Shown here: in pieces, positions 26,633 to 39,292 of the stretch
Layout: every line of letters starts with the position of its first letter
Position numbering within the stretch: position 1 is the stretch's first letter
Assembly: GCF_003704095.1 (NCBI RefSeq)
Contig: NW_020846568.1
Coordinates: forward strand, 124,010 to 188,000
From: Pocillopora damicornis
Taxonomy: Eukaryota
Length of the DNA stretch: 63,991 nucleotides
Direction: 5' to 3'
Program-made: the position numbers and the translations under genes
Notes under the pieces: generated by a model
What the model was told of the DNA's origin: nothing
Databases searched by the model: none
The model's input: the letters and a program-made list of their open reading frames with translations, nothing else

Positions 26633-28417
26633 CAAACTTTCCTCGCTTATTAGACTTAACACAGGTTTTGCATGAGGATCATTATCGCATTCGACAACAA
26701 CCTTGGAGTGACTTATTGAGTGAGGACTCTTCCTGAAAAAGGAAAATGATAAATCTTTAACTCGGTTCAAACTCCAGCTATTTAGCTTAATGACCCCGTC
26801 TATAGACGGAAATTAAAACGAGACGATGAAAAGGGAGGTTAAATCGACCAAATAAAAACAAGACTACACTCACTTTATAGGATATATTAGTGCAAATCTG
26901 TATTCATCTGTTTCTTCGCACATAACATCTCCTTGTTCACCCAAGTCTGTGAACACAGGTGGAATTCCATCCGTGTCGTATTTACATAGCTACAATTGAA
27001 TTAAGGCTTTATATAATTTTGTAATCAATAAGCTGTAAAGCAATGATTAACCCCTAACTTGTGTTTTTGTTACAAGTCTGAGTAACTTACCTATAAGTGG
27101 AAGCCTTAGTTCTTTTCAAGAAAAAAAAATGTGTCTTCATTAAGTCTGCAGTGAAAAGACCTTGTCCATGAATGTTATAGCGGTTGTAGTGGTAACAAGT
27201 CTGAGATAATCTAGAGACACAGAATTTGCTTGAGTAAGATCAATTGGGGTCTATGACTAGGCAACATTCGAATACAGCAGGTGTCGATTCGTGATCCCTT
27301 ATCAAATTTACATGGGCTCGGACATGCCAGCGTTTCGCTTTCTTTGAGCTCGAAACGAACTAATCTGCATTGGTGGAAATTATAAAAAAAATCAGTTGAA
27401 ACAATCTTAAGCCAGAAATAAAGGATTACTTACTGCCACGTTTGTGCAATTTCCCTCACGTGAGTGCAAATTATCGGGCACACAAGGCATGAAGGAGTAT
27501 GTGTAACTTTGCTGTTGGCGAAATCCTGACCCATAAATTCTATGTCAAAGCAAAGCAAATTAAAGAGCTCAGCCTGTTATTGAGTGTATATATGGCCATA
27601 TTGTCATGATCTAAATTGATACCAATTGATTAAGATAAATTCAATCAATCTACAACCCTTCACTAGAGCAGTTCTTCGCCATCCCAAAACTGAAAATATA
27701 TTTAAGTGCTGGCCCATGACGATTTAAATGAATGTTAAGGTACATTTCGTAAACTGAATGTATTGAGTATTCATAGTTTGAGGAAACATTGCGTAAGTCA
27801 TTGATACATTAAGAAAATGGAGCGCAAAATGTTGTCCAAGCAATAGCCATTAGCACTCCTCCTCTAAATTCATTTCTTGTTGACATCTCTCAACTTCAAC
27901 ATACTATTTTGAATGAATAAACCTCAAGCGTTTAAGCTACGACAGCCAGCTGCGGTGAAGATGTACCGTAATACTCTGTTTCCTAATCATTTATATATGT
28001 AGACGTATAATGATTGTGTTTTTAGCCCTTACTTATACTTTCTATCGGATAGTAAAACCTGTTTAACTCTCTCACATCTCTACATGAATAAGCTCTTTGC
28101 TATTTTTAGGTGGTATGAGGATCTCTTTAACTATAACCTTGGCTATAAATTGAAGAAAGAAAGGAAAATCGAATTTTATTAAGTTTTCATGTAGCGGTTA
28201 TCTTAAGTCAATGACTAATCTTGCTTAAATGGTTATTAATGAATCACCTTTGTCCTCGAAGAGAAAACAAGCTGTAAGTTGAAAGGCCAGTGCGGATGCA
28301 TGTACAGTTGTCTGGTGAAGCCTTCCAGCGGTACGCAAAACATGCATGTTTTCCACACATATATGAAATGATAACATGCAGTATCACTGATGTAAATACC
28401 AAGGAAGAAGAGTTCAT
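26633..28417 (-). CDS. Paralog B (MRH-like receptor family), first four exons; 3' part lost at the N gap
   Basis: Exons 28417-28248, 27539-27434, 26989-26874, 26732-26633; phases 2,0,2,0 as in A. MNSSSLVFTSVILHVIISYMCGKHACFAYRWKASPDNCTCIRTGLSTYSLFSLRGQR/IYGSGFRQQQSYTYSFMPCVPDNLHSREGNCTNVA/LCKYDTDGIPPVFTDLGEQGDVMCEETDEYRFALIYPIK/KSPHSISHSKVVVECDNDPHAKPVLSLISEESL. Closest to A. Confidence 0.82.
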
Positions 28418-31400
28418 TTTATCCTGAGTACCTAATAACAGCAGTAAGAAAACAATTTCACTACTTTACTATACCACTGAGTATGAAAGCATCAAAATCT
28501 AAAATCCCAAATTCTTATAAAATTTTAACCTAAACAACTTGTTATGAAATGTCACTTCAAAAAAACTTTCCTACAGCAACAGCAACAAACATTTGTACTG
28601 TAACTGACTTATACATTAAAGCACGGCAGCGATTTGTACGCTGAAACACATACACTATCGTAAGCAAGATGTGCCTGAAGGAGAAAAAGCAATCGGATGA
28701 ACAAAGTGAAGTGCAGGACAAACCTGACTAAGATCGCACTCGCAGACTGCAATATACTCTTAGTAAACTGCACTGAAGTTGTTAAGGAGGCAATGGAGTA
28801 AATATGCACTTTTACGGTTCAGCGATACCATGGTAGCAATCACCGTCTGTTGTTTGCAATATTTGTCTTGGAGTTGCGAAATCGATCGCTTCCTACGCAG
28901 AAGCTTTCCGGGAATCAAAATCCTAGTAACGCAGTGGCTCTTTCCTTCAGTATTCTACATTTGGTAATCTTGTGCACCAAAACCAAAATAAATATGCCAA
29001 GTATCGAAGCCGGTATCGCATTTATATGCATCTTTACACACTTTGCCTCTTTCCCACTCCATTAATGAGAGGTAAATGTTCTCATCAACGCACGTACATG
29101 CAATTATCATTTAAAAAATCGTGAACGTTGCTAGTGAAGAAAATTCTTACCTCAGTTCAACTATTGATGCTTGGTGCGCTGTCAAATTCAATTTATAGAG
29201 CTTTTTTCTGACGTTTAGGATATGTTGATATGCTACGCGTTTCTCCAAATGAAGAGTGTCACAGCACAAAGATTATTTTCCCGTATTCCCGAGAACAATA
29301 ATTGACACCGCTGCGATGGAAGGCAGTTTCAGAGGGCTCGCTAAGCTGATCAATTTCGCCTCGACTATGCGAAATTGCAGTTGTCCTACGTGGCTTGGCT
29401 AGGACGATCTGCAATTTTTTCTCAAGTTAGATCCTAAGTTGAATGGAGAAAGTAAATGCGTTTTAAACACCCTACAATTTCATGAACGTAATTTGAAACT
29501 TTTGTCTCATCGCCGTGATGAAAAGGTCATTGTACACATTTCGAGAAAAACCGGTAGTGGGATTGTGTTAGTGAAATTCGAAATTTTGTAAGTACTGTCA
29601 AGAGGCGCAATAACTTTAAATAATTTGAGAAAAAAATTAAAGATTTCTGCGCAANNNNNNNNNNNNNNNNNNNNNNNNNNNNNNNNNNNNNNNNNNNNNN
29701 NNNNNNNNNNNNNNNNNNNNNNNNNNNNNNNNNNNNNNNNNNNNNNNNNNNNNNTTTTCAGCTCATTCATGCTGAAAGCAATGGATAAGGTATTGTGGTG
29801 GAGACGATGTTGACGGAAGTTGTATTCCGTGGACGGAAGTTGCATTGTGGGCCGTGAACAGAAGTAGTCTCGCACGCTATCCCTCCCCACTTAGTGAAAG
29901 TCAAAATTAATTTCGATGAAGCTAAAACACTCACGTGGAAAGAAATAAAATGTTTGTATGGTGTAATAAAAACAATAACCTTAAATCACATGTCTGAACT
30001 TCTAAAAATGCAACTTGAATCGAGAAGCCGAAATGGTCACATCCAGGGGACAGGTAGCGGGTTCATTTCAACACACGCTGTGACCACGATCGGAGGCAGC
30101 CATATTGGTTAGCCGCGCATTTGCGTTCGTCTTTAGTTGGTATAAAGTAATCACTGCTCTGTTATTGTGCTTGTCCTCGGGAGTTCTTCAACATACAATC
30201 CACATATCAATCATAGCGGCTAAGATAATCTCGCTAATTTTTTTTTCCGAGTGTACACGTCTACCCTCTTCACACGGTTCGCGTTTCACTTTAGATCGTA
30301 AACAATCTTTTCGAGATTCGTAATGTGCCTCCACTCAGTTATGTTTATTTAGATTTTTTTTTTACTTTAGGGTATGACTAACAGCCTCAACACAATGTTA
30401 TTCGGGGCTTTCTTTTTACGTCCACAAGTATTTCCTTCCAAGTTGAAATGCGAGGTTTGTGACGGCAAATTCCCTAAGTATTTCTATGACAGACTGGGGC
30501 ATACTTGACCGTGATTACAGCGTTTCAGTCAATGTTTCAGCTAGCTTCTACGCTTTACATAAAATAATTCATCCCGTTTCACACCAGATCGTTAACAATC
30601 TTTTAGATATTCGCAGTGTGCCTCGACTCAATTTATTTCGAATTCAAAAGATTGTACTGAAGACATCGTTACTAGGTATAGGGCGTATATGCAGTTCTTT
30701 TATCCTTCCAGCGCCTGATCAACTCCTCGTCCTTCAAATGAACTGATTTTAAGTACCTGATAAAGAAACGTACGCTCGTTGCCACTTTGGAAATCTGTTG
30801 TATTCACATTTGTCTCACTTGGTCAGGCAGATGTTTGTAATGCATCGTCACGGCAGAATTACAAATAGTGTTAAATATGTTCGAGAGTGGCTGCGAATGA
30901 CATTGCAGTGAAAGACATGAACTCCAAAAATGGTGCCATTTAAATGCATCGTTGCAAGAATAAAGTGTAAATGGAGGTTTTTTATTGAAACTTGCAGTCT
31001 TCCTACCTCCAAATTACTCCGCGTCCTCTTAATAAATTAATTTGATGTATTCGATCAAGCAACTACCGATCGAAGCTATTTTACTTCCAGTTGAATATTC
31101 TCTCTCATATCCCTTCTTATTTTTGAGGTCTACAAAGGTGATTTTTGATCTAGGATAGTGCAAAAGGAGGGGAAAACCACCGTCCGGTTCGCATCAGACG
31201 CCATTTTTTCTCCTTACATTCGAGAAAAAATCCTCTCTTTCCAACCCTTCAGATATATAAACATTAGACAAGTGCAAGACTATTTGAAAACAGTTAAATT
31301 CGTTACGAGAGGTAGGAGATGATGCTTACTTGGATTTCACAGATGCTCTTTATGGTTCAGAGGGCGATTTGTTGCTGAACGCCGAAAAAAATTACGAAGG

Positions 31401-31481
31401 CCAAACCTTTACCTGGCCTTTTGCTCTTTGGGCAAGCCCGGGCAATAGGGACCCAACACCTAAACAAGGGGTTTGGTTTTG

Positions 31482-34048
31482 TTACAAAACTAATGTTAAA
31501 ATGTCATTTTTCCCAACAGTTTGGGACTTGTCCCCCACGTCTACGTCTTGAACTGGCTCGACCAGTTCATCTTTTACATCAAAATCGTCGTGTTCAACAG
31601 CCTTATCTTTGTTTTTGATAACGTTAGTTGTCTTTGTTTTTTTAAAGTGGTTTCTATATTCCTCTTCGATCTGTTCATACCCTCCCAAACGATGGCAGCA
31701 TCTGCGATTCAGGGCATTTCTAAAAGCAGGAATATGCCACCACATACATAGAAAACAAAGCATGATGACGATAACTACTACAAGAACTGGTAGCAAAATG
31801 TACAGCTTCCAATTAAACAACTTTGAACCTGAAATTAAAAAAGGTCTTAATTAATTCAGGTTGAAATTGTTTTTGTTTTCCTTATCAGAGCACTTTCTGC
31901 TGGATACGTTAACCATGCGGTACCTTCCACGCTTTTGTGGAATAAATGTTTCAGGCGTTAATGCCATAAGGTAAACGTTCATCGAAAGGAGAAAATAAAA
32001 GTAATTAAGAAGGCGAAGAAAAATATTCTTCAAATTTGTCATTTTTTGGTGTATGATAGAGCACACGTGTTAAAATAGTGTTTTCACCGTAAGCAAAGCG
32101 AACTCAATCGTCGGACATTTTTTCCGATTTCAGTAAAAATACGAACGTATTTCCCAAATAATAATTAAAATAGCAATGACAATTCTAATAGTGGCTTTAG
32201 GGTAGAAGCTATGATTGACCAAAGGCAACCTTAAAGATACTCTCAAGTAGAAAGGAAGTTTCTTTTCGTTGCATTAAGCAAAGTATCGATGAGATACAGA
32301 TCAATACAAAAAGTAGCATAACCTACCATGAACATTCACCGTACCACTAAAAGCATTCCAGTTCTGACTGAATTGACGATTTATCATTTACATGGTCTGA
32401 ATGCGGTTTTCCTCGTAGTGATAATAGAGATTGACAACCGCCAACATGCAAAATTAGGATCTTGGATTTTATTTTCTAAATGTAAGGACAATNNNNNNNN
32501 NNNNNNNNNNNNNNNNNNNNNNNNNNNNNNNNNNNNNNNNNNNNNNNNNNNNNNNNNNNNNNNNNNNNNNNNNNNNNNNNNNNNNNNNNNNNTCGAAATC
32601 CGGGAATGGAATAGTCTGGTCACAAATAAGCTGTACCGTTGAATGTTTTGGGTCGATAGAGGGATCGCTGCGATGATATGTGCAAAAGTTAAGTACTTTT
32701 GAATTTTGTTTTTGGCTTATAAATTGGTAATAGTGAGAATAATTTCAGAGATTTCCAACACTTGAAGAATAATTGTCGATCAAATGCTACCTGATCGTTG
32801 TATTCAGTAAATAAACCCCTTATTAGGGGGCTGATATGTCGGCTGATAATGCAGTAACCCTTTGACATAACGTAATTTAAATTGGCGCCTGACAGAAAAT
32901 TTCAACATAAGAATGGCTTGTATTTGTTTGCAAGAAATACCTACTTTGTTTTATACACCAGCTCAATCTGTCCTTCTGCGCCTAGTGCACATCTGACCCC
33001 TGTCTGCACACCAACTTGTAGGTAATCACGCGGTTTTTCTATTTCAGGATATTTACATATCTAAATAAAATTTGACAATCAAAATCAGCTTCCCGTAGTT
33101 TTAAATTGGAATTTCTGTAAAAGATGTTAAGATGCAAAAAAAAAAATCAACAAGGTATACTCAGAAAAAAAGTCTGCAGGACATTAATTTAGCAACGCTT
33201 ACTTGCTACAATTATCGGAAACAGGAAGCCACTAAAATAACAGAACAAAAACAATAACAACAAAACACTGCAAAGCTTTAGAAATTTAAGGCTGTATGAT
33301 GAACCTACTCCGATATCATGACATATCTTTCCATGGTCTGGATCATCTTGTCCGAATGTCATAGAGGTACAAGGATTGTAAGCATACCTCCAACCATTTT
33401 TTCCCTTAACATCAATGAAGCTATTGTCCAGACAAAAAAAATAAGAACATAATTACAAAGGCATTATCGGAAGTGGAGATGATTCTTTGGGAGAGAAGCT
33501 TATACTAATTTCCTATTGGCATTTTAGTGCATGCCAGGTTGTTTTAATCATTCTAAATTATCTCTTTTATTGACAAAGAGGGACGTCACATGATTATTGA
33601 GAACCCCTCTTGCTCTGCACTTGTTTCGAACAGAATTAAAGACAGAGCAACTACTTAGTAAAGGAAGGATCATCAAATGCATGTAAACGAGTCTGAGAAC
33701 AATTCATGATAATAAAGGTTTTGTTTCCAAAAGGCAAATCGAGATTTCATATATCTTAATCGAGCCACTCTCCATGATTATGATTGATATGATTTGATAT
33801 TAGCCCTAAATAGAAGGATGAAAATCCCTTTGCAAATATCATTTCGTCGTCAATTAAAAAAACAAGATGGAAAGCAGAAGAGAAAACTTAACATACTGTG
33901 GTTTTTCTGTTCCTCTGAGGGGCCACAGACTGTAAAAGTTTCCATCTGATGTCTGACACGTGCAGTTGTTGATTGTTTGAATGCTCTGAGCAATGCATCT
34001 GTTCATGCACGACAGAAAAATCAATCCCAACAGGCATTTGTTCTGCAT
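31482..34048 (-). CDS. Paralog C (MRH-like receptor family), interrupted by an N gap
   Basis: Exons 34048-33897, 33420-33309, 33060-32945, 32667-(gap at 32592), and a TM/tail exon 31828-31482. MQNKCLLGLIFLSCMNRCIAQSIQTINNCTCQTSDGNFYSLWPLRGTEKP/FIDVKGKNGWRYAYNPC..ICHDIG/ICKYPEIEKPRDYLQVGVQTGVRC..IELVYKT/DPSIDPKHSTVQLICDQ. TM LYILLPVLVVVIVIMLCFLCMWW; tail RRCCH, GYEQI, EPVQDVD. Linkage of the last exon across the gap is assumed. Confidence 0.78.
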
Positions 34049-36680
34049 CTTAGCCTAAAGAAGGAAGAGAATGTACAAAGACAACATGAAAAGTATTACG
34101 TTGTGTAAGTAACCTGAATTTCGTGAGTGAAGCTGAAATCAAGCAGATTTATATTTGACATAGCTTGTCGCTGAAGTAACGGAGCTACATATTTCCAGAG
34201 CCCGATTGTTTGGAAGTTTTAGGACCTTGCCAGTTCAGGGCTACGCTTTCTTATCAGTCTAAAATTTCTCAATCATTGTGAATATGTTCGTTTAGACTCG
34301 ATAAAGGCCAATTGAACCATTCTCAGAAAAAAAAGGTCAAACGTTTTCTCTGAAAACAACAGTCGTTTGAATATGGTTTGTAAAATGATCACCAGGTGAA
34401 TTTCAAAGAAAAATAGGCTGAAAATATCGGCCTGGGCACGCTAGTGCTTGGTTTCCGTTCATAAAATCTACGCATGCAAATTGATCGATTTCGAGCCGTT
34501 GGTTTTCTTGGAATCTATTCACAAATGTCATTCGATAGACTCTTAAATATCTTGAGCGTTATTATAGGTCTCCTTAAGTAAAAGTACATATCTATTACCT
34601 TGTCACGGAAAACAGCTTTTTCCTAAGAGAAAAATTCTGCTTCTTCTTTTGGCTGGCTCCTGACCGAAACTGAATGACCTCTGTAAAGCCAATTACAAGT
34701 TTTTGGATTAGTCATCACATGATCAACTTCCGCTCTACCAAAGTTTATCAGTTCACAAGCCATCGCAAGACCGCAATTAGAATAAGGATGTCTACATTAA
34801 TTGTAATAATAATTCAAAGTGAAATAACGCTCATCTTAACGATACACAAGTTTACCTCAGCAAATTAGTCTTTTAAGTAATAGTAAGCGGCAAAACGACT
34901 GTTAGTAAGATAATTGTATTTGATACTTAGTGGACTTTTTAAAAGACCGTATTTGGTAAATGATTCCTGGAAACGCTGCAGACTTTATGAACTCGAATTG
35001 AAAAATGCGAGAGTGTGCCACAATATAAAACGCAGATGTGGGCTCACATCTGACTTCTGAAATCACCTTTCAAAGTAGAAAATCAAGAATCATTATGATG
35101 TACTGAAGATAAAAGGGTAACTCTATCAAGAACACAGAACAATGATGTTTTCACGAGCCAGACCTGTTGAGTCACATAAGATAAACATAGCGAGCGTAAA
35201 ACAGTGTTAATTATTGATACCTCCTGAATCCAGTGACACCAAGCTTCTGAGTGCAATTTTTGGCCTTTAAATCCCGTTTACTATCTGTATCAAGTTCAAC
35301 TTTTCTGTAAAAAGAAAGGAAAAAAACAGTTTCATAAGTATTCAAAATGGATATTTCTCTTAGAGATGGTTATTAACAAACGTCAGTAACCTTTCTCGTT
35401 GCGCTGTCAAAACATCTTGCGATCAATTAGTGGTTATTGCTGATGCTTTCTTCACAATCGATCACTTTTGACATTCGGTTGCGAAAAACAAACTTAATTC
35501 TTTGATCACTACCAAAAATAACCCTATTAAATCATTGTTATTTTCTGATGTCGTTCCGGGAACTGAACCGTTGACTGGAGCATGGGTCATCATGTGAGAA
35601 ACAAAATCCGGAATTTCTGAGAATAAATATTGATCTCATTTGCAGTGACATCGAGCGTGACATCTTTTAGGAGCAGGCTTTAAGGAAATTCCCGGAAATT
35701 GCAATCGTTAGTGGCGACCTCGCAGAGCCAGGATTCACTTCGAAGTAAGATATTGATACGTAAGAACGTAGTTAAAAGCTTTTTTCCCGTGTGGGTTCTC
35801 TGCAGCTAAAAGGTCTGGCATCAGACCTCCAGCGGGATTAGATTCCCTTCCGTGTCGTGTTCCTTGAGATGAATTTAATTCACTAGTTCTCTAGTTCCAT
35901 TGAAATGCTCTAGATTGCAAAATTTTTTGCCTACAACACGCAAAAGTCGATACACGGATCATTTAAAATTCGAGGTTAGGTCTTTGCAGTCTGTAAATAA
36001 CAAATGTGCAAGGAATGGGTTGACATCCAAGGGATATTGAAACTTTTAAATTAGTAGAAATGATCCAAAATGAGGGAAGCCCATATCTTGAATCTCAAAT
36101 TATCTTATTGTGGGTTCAGAAAAAAAACAAAAACAAAACATACCTCCCACATGCAATGAGAATTATACATTCGGTTTACTTTTTGAATCAGCAGAAAGAT
36201 ATATGTTTGGGCACATCTTCGATTCCCTGTGGAAAATTTTTGAATCTCTGTAAAAAAACGCCAGACCGTGTACTTAACTTTGCACGAGGAAGCCAAAACG
36301 TTTGTCGAATAGAAAATATACATAGGAAATGGTACTATTTGCGAAACATGTGTTTGATATTCTACTCAGGCGATGGAGTCATTCGACGAGAAGTTTCGCA
36401 ATCGTCCAGTTGACACCTAGGCTAATTCTGAGAATAGTGTTGTTAGTCACGAGACTACAAACCTCCCATTGAGTACTTTTAAGTTGGAAGATTCTTCTTT
36501 TATTATTTTTCGAATGAACACAGTACTAAGAAGAGGTGGAGTTTTATCTTGTGCGCGTTTAGTTTGTTTATTTCCGAAATTGCCTCCTAATTCATGCCGA
36601 TGCACAATCTTTTCTCAATTTAAATGGCTTTGATACAGTCCGTTTAATTTGATTTTTCCATCAACTTCCTCCAGGCTAAA

Positions 36681-38434
36681 ATGAAGATCAAACAATTGTT
36701 AGGACTCATACTATTATGGTGCATCGATGAGTGTTACGGCCAAGGTATCACTATAGTCAACAACTGCACTTGCAAGACATTCGATGGAGGAATCTACAGC
36801 TTGATGCCGCTGCGTAGAACAGACGGAAAACCAAGGTACACAAGGTTGTCAGTACAATCGACAGTTCACAAGATAATTTTTGCAATCAACTGAGTTGATA
36901 ATGTATATTTTGGCCACCGTAAAGAGTTTCTAAAGCTGACGCCTCGAGCGTTAGCCTTCGTCATTCGCTCTGAGGTCAAAAACCCCAATATCAGCTTTAG
37001 AAACTCTCTACGGTGGCCCAAATATACATGATTAACTTAGTTGATAAAACCAGATTACTTCGTAATTCTTAAGTTGATGATAACATGTTTGTATCAAGTA
37101 GATATTTGACCTAGGATTTTCTCAGTTTTGCCCATGTATTTGAGAGACAACTCATATTTACTGAGTGTACTGACATTTCGAAAGGATTACGTGACTCAGA
37201 CGGTTTCTCTCAATGTTTTTAAAACAGGTTTTTGATTGCTGGCAAGAAATATCCTGGTTGGCGATACACGTACAATCCTTGTACGCCTGTAGATGTGGGA
37301 GAACATGATCCTGATGCCGATCCTCACAAAATATGTCGAGATGTTGCTGTGAGTTTATCCTGTGACTTTTGACTGATTTTTTCTTAAAACTGAAACGCTT
37401 CCGTTACTTGCTTTTTTCTGTTACTGATAAAAATTTGTTGTTTTAATGATGTTTGTTGGTTCTGTCGTTTAGTGAAGTTTTCTGTTGTTTTAACTGTAGT
37501 ACTCTCTTCCTCTTTTCTTATATACCTCCTTGCAGACCAATAATTGTTCATTTCAATATGACATAGTTACTTTGGGAAAGGTTTTTAACGATTTCTTTTT
37601 TGATATTTGAATTATTTGATGAGAATGGTAACTTTATGCTCATGGTTGTTCTTAGCAATAAATTGTCGTTTCGATCCCTCCAGATTTGCAAATACGCCGA
37701 GATTGAAAAACCGCGCGAGTACTTTGAGGTTGGTTTGCAAAAAGACATCATGTGTGACATAAACCAAGAAGGACAGATAGAGCTCGTGTATAAGACCAAG
37801 TAAGCTGTATTCTGATTCCTTGCCATGTAACTAATTACTAGTAGGAAAGATTTCCTTCGATTAAGCTTGTTTGTTGACTGAAAGGCAAAGGATTGCCGAT
37901 ATCACTTTCGCATCTTGATCCGGAATCCATAAGCATGTCATTACGATGCATCGATCGAGATTATAATAAATTAAACATTTTTCTATGCGCAAACTGGTGA
38001 CAGCAACCGCTTCTCTGAATTTCTTTGGGCGAAGAAATAGAATTTAGACCTTCGAGAAATCTTACGTGTGCCAGGACTAAAAGAAATTAATCGGATATTT
38101 TCGGATCAACCAAAGATGTGCATGCGAGAAAAAAAATTACATTTACTGTCAATTCACTTGAATGTGACCTGTCAACTTAGAATAACTTTTGCTAGGGCTC
38201 GTTACATTTATATGGATAGACTTGATCCAATTTGCTTTCCCAAACATATTTACGGTAATTAGGCAACAAATATCTATGTCTCTTAAAGCTGACTCTGAGT
38301 CAAAATTTTGAACCTGACAAAATCCTCTGCTTTAAAGTGATCCTAGTATCGACAATCCACATTCCAGAGTGGTGTTCCTGTGCGATGAGTCAGCTACAGA
38401 GCCAGATTTTGAAACCGTGGATGAAGACAACTAT
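36681..38434 (+). CDS. Paralog D (MRH-like receptor family), first four exons, inverted relative to the rest; 3' part lost at the N gap
   Basis: Exons 36681-36835, 37228-37348, 37684-37799, 38338-38434. MKIKQLLGLILLWCIDECYGQGITIVNNCTCKTFDGGIYSLMPLRRTDGKPR/FLIAGKKYPGWRYTYNPC..ICRDVA/ICKYAEIEKPREYFEVGLQKDIMC..IELVYKT/DPSIDNPHSRVVFLCDESATEPDFETVDEDNY. Closest to C. Confidence 0.85.
36885..37055. repeat. R1 family fold-back (inverted arms) in paralog D intron 1
   Basis: ATCAACTGAGTTGATA..GGCCACCGTAAAGAGTTTCTAAAGCTGA ... TCAGCTTTAGAAACTCTCTACGGTGGCC..AACTTAGTTGATA. Confidence 0.8.
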
Positions 38435-38720
38435 GTCAGTATACCTAATCATATGACTTCTCTTCAAAGTATACGTTAGGCGAAGATCTGACTTGTAGGA
38501 AAAATGAAATACTGTGCGCGTGTTTGCAACTGTATAAAATGTGGATTCGTGGGTATATATACTTGTATGATGTCGTAAGATCAGTTGCTTTTAGATCTTT
38601 TGATCGCAGTTGAGCAAGTTTGATCCCCGACGTGATACATTCGTGGGTTTCTAGAATGTTTGGTTTTAAACTTTGAGGACTCTAATGGGTAAACTAATCA
38701 GAACTGGCTGAAGTGGGGGA

Positions 38721-38759
<39 letters not shown>

Positions 38760-39292
38760 TGTAACAGGGTAATNNNNNNNNNNNNNNNNNNNNNNNNNNN
38801 NNNNNNNNNNNNNNNNNNNNNNNNNNNNNNNNNNNNNNNNNNNNNNNNNNNNNNNNNNNNNNNNNNNNNNNNNTCAGGCAAAATTGTAATGACGGACAAA
38901 CAATATCTAAAAAAAGATTAAAAGCAAATTTTAGTGAGATTTAAACGCTTTATAATGTCTCAAACACCACGATTTGGGACATTGAAAGTAATACTTGTAA
39001 TCTTATAAGTTTATAGCCATCGGCTGGTAAGAAAAACCTTAAAGTAGAAATCAATGTATAACTGAAACCTTGTAGCTACAAGTTCGAAAGCAAAATTCGC
39101 AGGAAACACAATTTGTTCACTGAGAAAACCTACTCTAATCTAATATATTCGCAGCAACGAAGAACTTTAGATGCGTGCTGTGCAAATTTCACCTCTTAAT
39201 TCTTTTTTTCCCTTTTTTTTTTTGCCCGACCTTTGACATACGATGAGCAATTGAATAAAAAAAAGTGTTTTGTACAGAACTGATCAACCTAC

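Noticed and set aside
29755-29813. LWWRRC string resembling the family's TM end
   Set aside because: No hydrophobic helix precedes it and a stop follows immediately.
31920-32490. Candidate exon 5/stalk exons for paralog C
   Set aside because: No frame contains the F-x-L-x-x-x-C-x-C motif; the true exon is probably inside the gap.
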